From the NCBI RefSeq assembly GCF_006345805.1, contig NC_042999.1:105400001-105464000 (forward strand): a stretch of 64,000 nucleotides of DNA, in the 5' to 3' direction. Positions 1 to 12,958 of the stretch are shown in pieces. The number at the start of each line of letters is the position of its first letter. The stretch's first letter is position 1. The notes under the pieces are model-generated. The model made no database searches, was not told where the DNA came from, and saw only the letters and a program-made list of their open reading frames with translations. The position numbers were made by a program, and so were the translations under genes. The stretch comes from Octopus sinensis (taxonomy: Eukaryota).

Positions 1-266
1 GCATCATTACTTCACAGTTCCTTTACCTCAATCGGTCCACACAAAACTACATCAAAACGGAATCGGATCCCATAAAATTCAAATGTTCACTGGAGAAATT
101 TCTTCAAAAATCCCGGAGGAACTTCCTACACAAGGATATGTCTCCAACAATAATAGCGCTTTGTAAGAGTGAGCTATGTTTATCCATGTTTGACTAAAAG
201 TTTTCACCAGGTGGTGGTAATGAGTTAGACATGGCCTGGGCTTATACTGGCCGAAAACTATCAAGT

Positions 267-268
<2 letters not shown>
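1..268 (+). mobile_element. 3' end of a CR1-group LINE (decayed)
   Basis: Translates HSSFTSIGP...KFKCSLEKFLQKIPEELPTQGY, paralleling the C-terminus of the LINE at 21270-21450 (GPQLFN..FKVNLD..DKP). Ends CATGGCC...GAAA and runs into (TA)n. Confidence 0.6.
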
Positions 269-310
<42 letters not shown>

Positions 311-319
311 ATATATATA

Positions 320-473
320 GGCGCAGGAGTTGCTGTGTGGTAGGTAGCATGCTTACCAACCACATAGTTCCGGATTCAGTCCCACTGCGTGGCATCTTAT
401 TTCTACTATAGACTTGGCCGACCAAAGACTTGTGAGTGGATTTGGTAGACGAAACAGAAAGATGCATGTCTTA

Positions 474-540
<67 letters not shown>

Positions 541-772
541 GTGTGTGTACGTATATATTTGTGTGTCTGTGTTTGACCCCCCTAATATCGCTTGACAACC
601 GTTTCTGGTGTGTTTACGTCCCCGTAACTTAGCGGTTCCGCCAAAGAGATCGATAGAATAAGTACGAGGCCTAAAAAGAATAAGTCCTGGGGTCGATTTG
701 CGATTTGCTCGACTAAAGCGGTGTTCCAGCATGGCTGCATTCAAATGACTGAAATAAGTAAAACAGAGTAAA
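320..772 (+). mobile_element. tRNA-like SINE family A, full copy with internal (TA)n/(TG)n
   Basis: Head GGCGCAGGAGTTGCTGTGTGGTAGG (A-box-like) and GGATTCAGTCCC (B-box-like). Tail CAGCATGGCTGCATTCAAATGACTGAAA. Homologous copies at 4472, 36482, 45770, 48276, 48870 and 59810. Confidence 0.9.
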
Positions 773-785
773 TATATATATATAT

Positions 786-874
<89 letters not shown>

Positions 875-1365
875 CAAAACACTTTGATTCATATATTTCC
901 AGTAGCCAGTGGCGAAAGGATCCATAAAGGACCTGCGAAAGTTGAAGTACCAAATATGTTGAGAGACCTTTCTTTTGTTTGTCCACTCATTCATATATTT
1001 ATATCATGGATATACACTCACACAAAGACACGCATATGTATATATTTATATATGAATATTTGCAAGAATATATACGCATCCGTTTGATTACGTTTGTTAC
1101 GTCTTGTTATAGCTGGGTAATACTGGATTCCTTCTTATCTAGTAGATTTCTTTAACGGTGATATCCATATATTATCAGATTTATGAAATATTTATTCGCT
1201 GCAGGGTTTCAAATGCCATGCGTTTGAAATTACATACATATCACTATATGCTGACGCAGATGCTTATATCCTATGTGATATAAAACAGAATACATAAATA
1301 AATAAAGATGTTGAGCAAAAGACGATATGTGAAATTTTAATGTTTCTCTGATAGACTGACATATA

Positions 1366-2656
1366 CGAGGGGCATTCAATAAGTAATGCCCCTGACCCAC
1401 TTCCCATAGCAGTAGAGAAACGAAACTTGGCACAGCTATTAGTCTTTTTCTACATAGGAACCACCCAGAGTTACGCATTTCTCCCATCGTTTGATGCAGC
1501 TCTGAAGACCGTTTTTGTAGAAGACCCCAGCTTGGTCCTCCAACCACGACGTGACTTCAGAAATCAAGGCTGCATCCTCTGGGAAACGCTTCCCTTTCAA
1601 AAACACCTTCATGGCTGGGAAGAGGTGAAAATCAGAGGGTGCAGGTCAGGCGAGTAGGGAGAGTGGGGGATGAGTTCATAGCCGCACGCCTGTGCTTCTG
1701 ATCTGGCGACACGCGAGTTGTGGATCGGAGCGTTGTCCTGCAGGAGGAGGATGCCTTTGCTGATCTTGCCCCACCTCTTGATTTTGATAGCTTCTCATAA
1801 TTTCCTCAAAAGTGAAGCATAATAGACACCTGTAATTGTGGCACCCTTTGCCAAGAAATCTGTCATCACTACTCCGTCCTGGTCCCAGAAGACTGTGAGC
1901 ATGACCTTGCCAGCGGAGGGCTGCACCCTTGCCTTCTTTGGAGGAGGTGAGTCACGGTGCTTCCACTGCATTGACTGGGCTTTGGTCTCTGGATCATCGT
2001 GATGGACCCAGGTTTCATCCTGTGTAATCAGTCTTTTGAAAAATTTTGACTCATCTTCTTGGCACATCTCCAAATTCATCCTCGCGCAATCGACGCGTTC
2101 TTGCTTCTGGAAAGGTGTGAGCAGCCTGGGAATCCATCTGGCAGACACCTTTTGCATATGCAAATGGTCATGAATGATAGTTTCCACAGACCCGGTACTA
2201 ATCTTGACCTCATGGGCTATTTGGCGAATAATTATGCGTCGATCTTCCAAAATGGCAGCCTCAACTTGACGGACAGATGCCTCATCAATGGCAGAAGAGG
2301 GCGACCAGATCTGGGAGCTGTTTCCACAGAGTTCCGACCATGTTTGAATTCACGATGCCAGCGTTTTACAAGGTCATATGATGGGGCATCATCACCATAA
2401 GTTACTTTTATTTCATCAAAAGTCTCCCGTGGTGTGCGTCCTTTCAAATACAAAAACTGCATCACTGCTCGACACTCAACAGGCTCCGTTTCACATTTGA
2501 CTCAGTTCAAACACCTGTAAATCAGAAACCACAATTAATTCAGAGCTGTAATTGGCCACTTCATCTATAGATATATAAATAATTGCACATGCAAAATTTC
2601 AGCTAGATCAAACAATTGTAAGTGGGTCAGAGGCATTACTTATTGAACGCCCCTCG
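1366..2656 (-). mobile_element. Full-length mariner DNA transposon (DD34D, probably irritans subfamily), inactive
   Basis: 1291 bp. TIRs CGAGGGGCATTCAATAAGTAATGCCCCTGACCCACTT / AAGTGGGTCAGAGGCATTACTTATTGAACGCCCCTCG. TA duplication at 1364-65 and 2657-58. Internal transposase relic. Confidence 0.96.
1439..2489 (-). pseudogene. Mariner transposase pseudogene (~350 codons; lost start, in-frame stop, frameshifts)
   Basis: HTH region (VKRWHREFKHGR..PRSGRP), WIPRLL (WVPHEL motif), ITQDETW (D1), SAGKVMLTVFWD, QDNAP (D2), PYSPDL/PSDFHLF (D3, 34 residues after D2 when a 1-bp deletion is repaired). Ends GSYVEKD*. ACG at 2487-89 in place of ATG, TGA at 1795-97. Confidence 0.95.
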
Positions 2657-2958
2657 TAGGATATAAGTAAGGAATCAGACCTACATTTGTAAGTATATAT
2701 GTTAGTATGCATAGATGTGTTAATATAGAGTTACATATATGCCAATTTGCTTAGATATAAAAATGTTGGTTAGAAATGTTGTTTTTGTAAGAGAGGGTGA
2801 GTCGAGATGTTTAAATTCGATTTAACTCGATTTCACTGAACACGGTTATCGAGAAATACACACTATGCATATGTATATATATAATATATATATATTATAT
2901 TATATAATATATATATATATATTAATATATATTATATATATATATATATTATAATATA

Positions 2959-3010
<52 letters not shown>

Positions 3011-3271
3011 GTATTTATGTATCTATTTATATATATATACATACATACATATATATATATGTGTGTGTGTATATCTATATATGCATATTTATATATATAT
3101 ATTATATATATATATTATATATACGGGTGTGTGTGATTGTGTATAGAAGAATATATTATAAAAGGGATTCCGACCTGTCTGATTTTCACGTTTTATTTAC
3201 AATCTTATAATGATATAGGATAATATAATAATTTAAAATAAAATAATAGAATGTTAAATGTTCATTCTGAT

Positions 3272-3315
3272 TGAACTAGTACTTTCATGCATTAATTCTG
3301 CAATCTTCAGGTTCA
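3272..3315 (-). ncRNA. Type I minimal hammerhead ribozyme (left arm)
   Basis: Minus strand: UGAAC CUGAAGA UUGCAGAAUUAAUGCAU GAAA GUAC UA GUUCA. Intact core, helix I UGAAC/GUUCA. Confidence 0.8.
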
Positions 3316-3397
3316 TGTAGTAGTGGTGACGGTCATGCTTCACAATTTTTGACTTTCACAGTCAAAATTGTGAAGCATGACTGTCACCACTACTACA

Positions 3398-3442
3398 TGA
3401 ACCTGAAGATTGCAGAATTTAATGCATGAAAGTACTAGTTCA
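3398..3442 (+). ncRNA. Type I minimal hammerhead ribozyme (right arm)
   Basis: UGAAC CUGAAGA U-UGCA-GAAUUUAA-UGCA-U GAAA GUAC UA GUUCA. Helix III AGUACU is palindromic. Predicted cleavage after CUA (3437). Confidence 0.8.
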
Positions 3443-3556
3443 ATCAGAATGAACATTTAACATTCTATTATTTTATTTTATTCCATTATATTATCTTATA
3501 TCATTATAAGATTGTAAATAAAACGTGAAAATCAGACAAGGTCGGAATTACTTTTA

Positions 3557-3602
<46 letters not shown>

Positions 3603-3620
3603 TATATATATATATATATC

Positions 3621-3684
<64 letters not shown>

Positions 3685-3777
3685 TATATATTAGATTCAT
3701 TGATTCAGTTGAATTAGTTGACACAGCTTGGAGTAAGGTGAATAAAATGAATAAAATAATAAGATGTCAGGTACTAA

Positions 3778-3863
3778 TGTAATACGATCGTTTCAATCAG
3801 CGTCATTTAATTGAACAATACAAGCATTACATCAATTTGAATAAAGTGCCATCTTCAATTGCA
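3778..3863 (-). ncRNA. Degenerate type I hammerhead in a TA-flanked PLE-like fragment (~3692-3920)
   Basis: UGCAA UUGAAGA...GAAA CGAUCG UA UUACA. Helix III ACGAUCGU is palindromic. C3 is U and helix II is long and eroded. Confidence 0.55.
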
Positions 3864-3920
3864 GAATATATGGTCGTATTGCATTAATAACCACCTTCTT
3901 GTTACTTTATTTGATTATAC

Positions 3921-3957
<37 letters not shown>

Positions 3958-3989
3958 ATATATCTATATATATATATATACATACATTA

Positions 3990-4345
3990 GCTGCTTTCTC
4001 GTATATGAGCAAAGCTATTAATAGGAAGAATCACGGAAATGAGTCGTTGATAATGCAATGTGAGGCCCTTGTATAGGTCTTGAGTCCAGCGAGTGTTTTG
4101 CACATTCTATTACATAATGTATAGCAGTGCTGGCTGACAGAAAGACCAGGTTTCACAGTATGAACAATTGTGAGATGCCTTTTCGATAGCCCATCTCAAA
4201 GGCACACCTTTCCACAAATTGTACATGTTCCGCTGTGAAAAGAAGCCATATCACGTTTTATAATTGGTTCAAACCTGTGAGTTCTCTGATGGCGGATCAG
4301 GCCTGCGCAACTGAAGCATTTCCTACGAATCACACACATAAAAAG
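3990..4345 (-). mobile_element. RTE-type LINE 3' end with C2H2-like fingers
   Basis: RKCFSCAGLIRHQRTH, CTICGKVCL and CKTLAGLKTY resemble the C-terminal zinc fingers of RTE ORFs. Broken by stops. Confidence 0.5.
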
Positions 4346-4471
4346 CAAAAAATGGGTGTGTGTATTCATATATACAAGTACATGCACAGTATAAAGGATA
4401 TCTATATGACATTGAATCATTGGTCACCTATAAGCATGTAAGCATATTCATGACATTTTTCTCATTTATTA

Positions 4472-4677
4472 TTTTATTCATTTATTTGTTTCAGTCATTT
4501 GAGTGCAGCCATGCTGGAGCACCGCCTCTAGTCGAGCTAATCACCCCAGGACTTATTCTTTGTAAGCCTAGTTCTTATTCTATCGGTCTCTCTAGCCGAA
4601 CTGCTAGTGATGCAGACGTAAACACACCAGCATCGGTTTTCAAGCGATGTTGCGGAGACAAACACACAGACACAAGT

Positions 4678-4762
<85 letters not shown>

Positions 4763-4906
4763 CGACGGACTTCTTTCGGTTTTCGTCTACCAAATCCACT
4801 CACAATTCTTTGGTCGGTCCGAGGTTATAGTAGAAAACACTTGTCCAATGTGCCACGCAGTGGAACTGAACCCCGAACTATGTGGTTGGTAAGCAGCCAC
4901 TCCTGC
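4472..4906 (-). mobile_element. SINE family A copy
   Basis: Reverse complement of the 320-772 element, with an internal (CA)n(TA)n tract. Confidence 0.9.
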
Positions 4907-6332
4907 TTACCAACCTATAAATAATTTACACGCTAAAGTAACTATAGTACATACTTCATATATATTATTTTGTGTTCCAAGGGAAACGGGAACGTATTTT
5001 CATTTATTTCTTGATACAAAACTTACAAACAGTTGTATAACCTCATTTAATATATTTTAAAATAATTTCTAGGAGAATTTGTGCTTTTGGGAGTAGAAGA
5101 TACTTTTCAAGTTTTCGATTGCTCTGTCGCCACGTACATAACATTTGACAATTACATTCCAAACGGAACATTTTCGAAGTGTTATTTTAAATTTACATAT
5201 CATAGAAACACATGTTCTATTACGAATAATTGTTTTCCATCTACAGTTTTGTTACGTCTTATGTAGTGTCGACTCTCTTCGGGATATTACATGCTACAGT
5301 TCAACAGATATCAAGCTCTGGTGGCACGTCTGGTGGCCTAGCTGACATTTTCAGGTGCAGACATTTTAGTGAGAAATATTCCTAATGAGCTGTCCGTTAC
5401 AAAGATGCTTCCGATAATTTTCTAGCACAAATAATGTAAATCAGTTTTCGCAGATGGTTGCAAGAATTCTGCAAATCTAAATTGCTGAGTTTGTCAGAAA
5501 TGAAAAAAATATATTTATACATGATGGCACTCTTGCTACAGTTCTTCGCATATGTGGTTTTGCTCCAAACGTTTACACTTGTTCCAGGAGGGATAATGGC
5601 GATCTTAGTTCCAGCAGCAGTAGTAGTTGCTGTGGCGGTGATGGTCGAGATGATGCAGTGCTTTCTTACTCCCTGACACATATTGCATTGCTTGCATTAT
5701 TTTTGTTGTTAGAGTTGCGAACACTGGTATGTACAGTGGTAGTGAAGGCGAGATTTAATTGTTGCCATGCAATGCTTTACATACCGCTATACTACTATTG
5801 ATTTTGTTGTGATGGTTACAAACTACCGTAGCTGATGCAGCGGCGCTTAGTAGATTGAGATTTTCTCCTTTGTTTGCCGCGATTTTGTTGTTTGAGTTTC
5901 CATTCACATTTCAGTCTTTGTACTTCGAATGTAGACGAATCTCCCTCAGTTCTTCACAAGCTGGTTATTGAATACGTCGCCATCTTGTAAATTTTAGTGT
6001 CCGGAACAAAGAAATTTCAGAATTCAGTCATAATTTTTAGTTCGCTAAAGTGCAAGATACAAAATAACTAACTAGCTGACTTGGCTCTTGGAAGACTTAA
6101 CAACAGGTAAATAAGAGACATTAACAATGGAAATTTGTCTAGATATTCAAATAAAACAAACATATCGAGGAGCCGTAGTGTACATGTTGACACAGCGAGC
6201 AATAACAACAACACAAATAGCAGTAATGATAATGATGATGATCATAATAATAAAACCGATAACGAAAAATGCAATAACAACAACATAAACAATAAATAAT
6301 TATAATAATTATGTTTTATTTCTTCTTCTTCT

Positions 6333-6407
<75 letters not shown>

Positions 6408-7437
6408 TAAGCATTATAAACAACTGCAATCACTATCAGAACTAAAGCCAGCTCTGAACCATCATTGTCCAATAATCATCATAATCGCCATTACCCACAT
6501 CAATCTCCTCCCCCCTCCTCCCTCCTCCTCCTCCTCATCATCATCATTATCTTGGTTATTATCGATCCAGATTTTATGGCTATTTTTATTTCTCTGTTCT
6601 GTTTACTCTTTCTTTCTTTCTTTCGTTCTTTCTTTCTTTCTTTTTTTAAAAATATATTTGCGAAATAGTTTTTCGTTGCTTTAGTTGCTACATTTCTTTC
6701 TGTGTTTCAGATTTTAGATGTTGCTTCTTTTACTAGTTTTTGCTTTTCAGAATCTTCTATTTTAATACGTTTGTGTGTTTGTTAATTTCTCTCTATTTGT
6801 TTTGTTTCGTTTATACATAAAGATACAAACATATAAGTTCATAAAATTATATAGAGGTGTATGCATGCTTGTATTTATATATATGTATATATATATATCT
6901 ATATATATATGTGTGTGTGGGTGTGTGTGTGGGTGTGTGTGTGTGTGTGTGTGTATTGTGTTTGTTTCCCCCAATTGTGTTTGAGGTGTAAAAACATTCA
7001 ATATAAATTTTTAAACAATTATTTTTCAATAAAACTTTACTCCTTTGGTAACCAGCACTTCATTTCTCTCTTTCTATGGGACGTCTGTTTTACTCACCCC
7101 TCTGTCTCTCAATATATAGATACGAAGCTGCATACATACACATAATAAAGGTTCATATATATACATATATGTGTGTGTGTCTGTGTGCGTGAGTGTGTGT
7201 GTGTTTGTGGTTGTGTGTGCGCATGGGTATGTGTTATATACCTACATATTATATGTATTAAATATACATATAATATATATGTTCATATTAAATATATATT
7301 AAATATATATTAAATATACATATAATATATATTGTTCATATATATGTATGTATACATACACACACACACACATATGTATATATATATGAAACTTTATTAT
7401 GTGTACTCATGCAGCTTTGTATCTATCTATCTATCTA

Positions 7438-7485
<48 letters not shown>

Positions 7486-7945
7486 ATATACCTTTCTATG
7501 TATATGTATGCATATTCACATATATACATGTTTATATATGCTATATATTTATATGTCCGTGTGTATATGTGTGTATATACATATACATATATACTTGCCT
7601 CTATATATCAATATATATTTTGAGAGAATGTGAGAGATACTCCGTGCGTGTGAGTTTTCTGTTTATTATTACAGTTTCTTTATCCTTTCCAACCACCACA
7701 TATACCCGCACACATTTTTACAGGGATTTGAACAAATAGAAATATCAAATTAAGTTCATTTGGAAACAAATATTGTGCTTTGATGCAGTGAAGAGCAAAC
7801 AATCAATCGTAAGATAAAATTTTAAATATAATTTATGGGGAAAATAAAAAAAAGAGACGAAAAACAATTTTTCCTTTCTAAAGCCTATTTTATCGTTTGC
7901 ATGTTTGTATGTATACGAAATATATTATTATTATATTTAGTATAT

Positions 7946-7993
<48 letters not shown>

Positions 7994-8036
7994 GCTATAT
8001 TATTCACACACACACACACGCACGCACGCATACAGA

Positions 8037-8087
<51 letters not shown>

Positions 8088-8234
8088 TATATATATCTAT
8101 ATTATATATATATATATACATGCATGTATGTATATCGTCTGTTTCCGATCTTTATGCTACTAAATTTCTGTTTGAAACGTGAAAAAAATACAGTTTGTAG
8201 TTTCATATGTTCATCTAAGTGCAATATAATTCAT

Positions 8235-8283
<49 letters not shown>

Positions 8284-8401
8284 TATATATATACGCACAA
8301 ATGTAAGCACAACCCAAAGACAGAGCAACATACTTATGCATAGATAGGGAGAGTCAAACACAAATATGCGTGCAGACATACATACACACAACTACACATT
8401 T

Positions 8402-8477
<76 letters not shown>

Positions 8478-9260
8478 AATATAAAGAGTCATATTTACAT
8501 TCCTCAACTTACTTTTATATAGTAAAATGGCTTAGTCAGTGGCGCACGTAATTAAATAATTCTGTTACATCATTTAGTTTTGTACCATTAAATCTGAACT
8601 CCAAATAGGCAGAAGGATTCGTGGAGAAACACAGTCAGACATAAAGTGATGGTCATGAACTAAAGCACACACGGTTTTAATTCGGTTCTTTTTATCAAAG
8701 CGCTTCCAATATGCCTTGATATTTCAATGGAAGTTAACTGCAAGGTATTTGTGCGAATAGACAAATGTTGAGGCTTAGTTGAATCTGAAAATTTTCACTG
8801 AAGTTACAGAAACACATCTAAATTAAATTACATTCCCACTCGTTTAGTTGTAGGTAATATGTGTGTGAAGAATTTTAATCAAATCATACATAATTCGGGT
8901 GCTGACAGAACACATCAGACAAGAACCTAAACAAAAGCATCTGAAGTTCTTGTTTTATGACTGCATGGTTTAAGTAAATCATCCAAATATACAATTTGTT
9001 CATATGTAGATTATAGGGAATTTACGTCCCTTCGACAATCTAAGATTGCCTGAGTTAAGTTTGAAACAAAAGTAAAAAGAACTCCCTTAGCACATGATAT
9101 CTGAACACGAACGAACACATAATTCCCCAAATCAAACTTTTTGGCAAATTTATATCATACACCTGGTCAATTCCGATTGAATAAGATCTGGCTTGATGTC
9201 AACTAGTTTATATTATTCAAAGGTTTCGAACTTACAAGCTTTTCCAGCACACGTACACAA

Positions 9261-9300
<40 letters not shown>

Positions 9301-9303
<3 letters not shown>

Positions 9304-9573
9304 CAAAATGGGACAAGAATTCAAAACATCCGGACAGTTAGGTGATACAAAAATGGTACATCAAAACATCTAGATAGACGATACAAAGGAAACAAGGACG
9401 GTTCATTCGGAGTTTTCTTTCCTCAATAAAGTACCAAATTATCTTCACAATTTTGGTCGATTATTCTTGAGATTGCTCCAAACTAGACTGCCCCAAGGAA
9501 AAACTAAGCTAAGAGCATTAGACTCCTTGGGAGAAAGCAGCGAATGTACACAAAACAAGGACGAAAAAACGGA
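9301..9573. repeat. TA-flanked dispersed repeat, related to 33282-33432
   Basis: Shares AAACAAGGACGG(T/G)TCATTC and AATTT(T/C)GG with the 33.3-kb segment. Bounded by (TA)n on both sides. Confidence 0.55.
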
Positions 9574-10902
9574 ATATATATATATATATATATATATTTA
9601 GTTGGAAAATTAAAAGTAGTAACTATTATGTTTAACTGTCTTATATCAACATTTTTCTCAATATTTATTTTTGTTCCTAGCCGGTTCGTTTGATTAAATT
9701 ATCATATCTCCCGCTGCTTCAGATGCCAAAATATCAAAACTTTTCAAGGTCTAGTATAACGGTTTTGCTATGGAATAGTAAAATTATTTTCCCGTTTTCT
9801 GAAGAAGCATTGTTTGGTACTTACGACACTTTTGATATTAAGTGATATTTGTGATTAACATAATTTTTTTCACAAAATGTAAGGGTGGAAACGTCTGAAG
9901 TTTTACATCTTATCTAGATGTCCACCAGACGTATATTCTTGTCACATTTCTGAAGCTTTAGCTATTGCAACACAATATATACACAGAATATGTTTATATG
10001 TTCATGGAAAAGAAAAGTGGTGGCGTAAAATATTTAGCAGTTAAACAGTCCTCAGGCTCTATTTCAGTAACAATGAATATTTAAATGTGTGAAATAATTT
10101 TAATGCTACGTATATTATGATTATGCATCATTCTTAAGTCATTTCAATATTTAAAAACACTAAATAAACATGAGACATTTTAGAAGAAGAAAGATATAGC
10201 ATGATAATGAGCAGAAGTACTTTTAAAAAGTATATTGCTTGTAGCGTACGAATTACACTAACATATATTTACATACTAAATACAAATCGTCTTTATTCAA
10301 ATAATTGAGAAATATATGTAAAAACACAAAATTGTGACCCTAACAGAGACAAGCAGAATTATTTCTACCGACTCCGTGATAAGTAACAAATAATTTCAAA
10401 CCATAAAGTAATTAGGAAATTGCTAGAGATTATACAAACATAAAATGTTAAAGAAACATCGTGAAAATGTTTATAATTAGATACGCTACGAGGCAAGGAA
10501 TATACAACTAAGCAGAATAGTAGCCAAAGACGAAACATGTTGTAATTATGATTAAGGTGAACATCTCTTGGGTATCTGTATATTATACAATTTGTTATAT
10601 GCATTTTTCATAATCCAGGAAGTTAATTCGTGATTTTATGTAGTTCGATTGATGCACAATACATATGCGCAATACACACAACCTACCATCCCATAGACAT
10701 ACACATATACATACTTAAACGCATACATATATACATATATATAAAGTGGTTGTATAAAGTCAACAAGATATGACATTCCTGTAGAGAGAATTACACAATC
10801 GCTATATAGCCCTAGGAAGTATCGACGCTTCCTGTCGGCTTTGACACATTTTCTGTGTCCTTATATTCGCAAAGGGGAGGCAAGCACCCCCACCAGCTAG
10901 GA

Positions 10903-10934
<32 letters not shown>

Positions 10935-10935
<1 letters not shown>

Positions 10936-11691
10936 ATTTTCACACTTCGGACAGTGGTAGAATGTGGCATATAATTCATATTTTACTCTTAGTGTTGTTG
11001 AGAAAAGTTTCTGTTTTCAAAGTTATTTCGTGTTCAAGTTGTATTTCGGTAATTTCAACCAATCAATGAGATGTATTAAGCTGAATAAAAGTACTGTCTT
11101 TGTTTGTCAACAACAACTATCGGCGGTGTATATTTCGTTTGTCACTGTTATTTATGACATTGTTCGTGCGTTTGTGCTGGTTTTAGCTTTAGGGTTTTAG
11201 GGTTAGGGCTAGGTTTCTTTGAGTTAGGGCTTTAGGGTTAGGGTTAGGGATGGGTTTTAGTGTTCGGGTTAGGGTCTTATGGTTAGAGTTATGGAAAAAG
11301 TGAAACATGAAATTGGAAGTCTTTCCGAAAATAGTAGCTGAAAAACAGGAAAAATAAGGTAAAAGCAGTAGAAATGCACGAACAATTATGGTGGTGCCAT
11401 GAAGTAAACATACTTCAGATACACTAGTTTATTCATACAAACGTAACTGAGATGAAATATGTCATAAATAACAATGACAAATGAAATATACACCGCCGGA
11501 GGGTGTTGTTGACAAACAACAGAAGTAATTTTATTCGGCTGAATACACGTCATTGATTGGTTGAAATTACCGAAATACGACAAATTTAACACGAAATAAC
11601 TTTGAAAATAGAAACTTTTCTCAACAACACTAAGAGTAAAATAAATATATTTTATATGACACATTCTACCAGTGTCCGAAGTCTGAAAGTG
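10935..11691. mobile_element. Non-autonomous long-TIR element (MITE-like) with internal degenerate TTAGGG array
   Basis: 10935-11160 is the reverse complement of 11458-11691, and 11161-11185 pairs with 11360-11384. Termini CA(T/C)TTTCA...TGAAAGTG. TTAGGG-like repeats at ~11183-11290. No clear TSD. Confidence 0.8.
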
Positions 11692-12300
11692 TTTAGTTAC
11701 AAAATATTAATTTCTCGATCTGCCGTTGAAAGAGCAATGATCCGAAGTAAATTCTCACTTTATGAAAGCAGAGGATGCCTATTTTGGTGCGGTTAGGTTT
11801 TTAATATGTAGGATTCAAAATAATAATATTATTTGCTACTATCACATATTTCAATAAAATTAGCATAATCAGAATGCCATTTGAAATACGAAAACAACAT
11901 GTAAAAATGTATTGCTTAAAATAATTAGAGAAAGAGAAGTTTCTATCTTACATTCTGTCTCTTCTTTTCATTGTAATAGATTTACTGATAAATATCTTTC
12001 ACTTTTCAAAATATGTCTTTAAAAATTCTAATACCACATGCTTTTATGTGAGTATACTGCGCAAATACACGAAGAATAGATTTTACAACTTAGCTTATGA
12101 TATAGTCCGAAGATGCATATAGTGAGCGATACCATCTCTACTGTGAACAAATTTGTATATATATGGATGCATACAACCAGCTATATATACTCATATATAT
12201 ACTCATACATCATATGATGTTAGGTCGGATGTACAGTTACATACATCGTACACCATGCATTATATACATACTTACATACAGGCATTATATATTAATATAT

Positions 12301-12332
<32 letters not shown>

Positions 12333-12334
12333 AT

Positions 12335-12365
<31 letters not shown>

Positions 12366-12897
12366 TATATATATAACGATATTTAATATTCTACATTTAC
12401 ACATACATAGGTAAGGCCACGCGCCAGTTTCAGTGTGTATGTGTATGAAAGACAGTGTGTATGACTGCATGTAAAGACAGGCCATTAATGATATGCAGAT
12501 GTATTCTTCAAGCTCGATATACGATCTTCATATAATGTTCCAATTTATTCATAGAATAAGTAAGCAAGTCTGAATTCTGTGTTGAGAGTTTTTGGAATAA
12601 GTAACTATCCATTCTACATAGAGGAAATCTATTTTTATAATCACCATATACGTTTCTATCTTGAAATTTATTCTTTAAGTTATTCACCAAGTTTCTAAAG
12701 TTTCTAACCATCATTGCACTGTATTTTACACAAGTATTCACACCAAGATCAGCCAAATCAATAACCATAAGTTCAGATATAAATTTAAAGGTCTAAGTAG
12801 TTTTAACTAAGATAGGTCTAAGTTAAGTAGGAAGGATTAATTTGTGTGCATATGTATCTCACTTTGTGTCTCATACCCATACATATATGTTTATATA

Positions 12898-12958
<61 letters not shown>

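Larger units (their letters stand above)
3160..3560. repeat. ~400-bp near-perfect fold-back palindrome (PLE pseudo-LTR-like) embedded in (TA)n
   Basis: Arms ~3160-3354 and 3360-~3558 are reverse complements around the loop TTCAC (3355-59). Part of one arm recurs at 44747-44880. Confidence 0.93.

Noticed and set aside
320-395. tRNA gene
   Set aside because: Only A/B-box-like SINE heads. No complete cloverleaf could be drawn.
4196-4420. Host C2H2 zinc-finger gene exon
   Set aside because: Fingers are broken, lack TGEKP linkers and fit an RTE LINE C-terminus better.
5397-5990. Thr/Ala-rich ORF-like stretch, compositionally similar to 56523-56880
   Set aside because: Interrupted by stops and probably decayed trinucleotide-derived sequence. 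Homology between the two could not be shown by eye.
11183-11290. True telomere or chromosome fusion site
   Set aside because: Short, degenerate, single orientation and enclosed in inverted arms.
12508-12768. 86-aa non-repetitive ORF as a possible host exon
   Set aside because: No recognisable domain or convincing splice pair. It needs RNA-seq or BLASTx.
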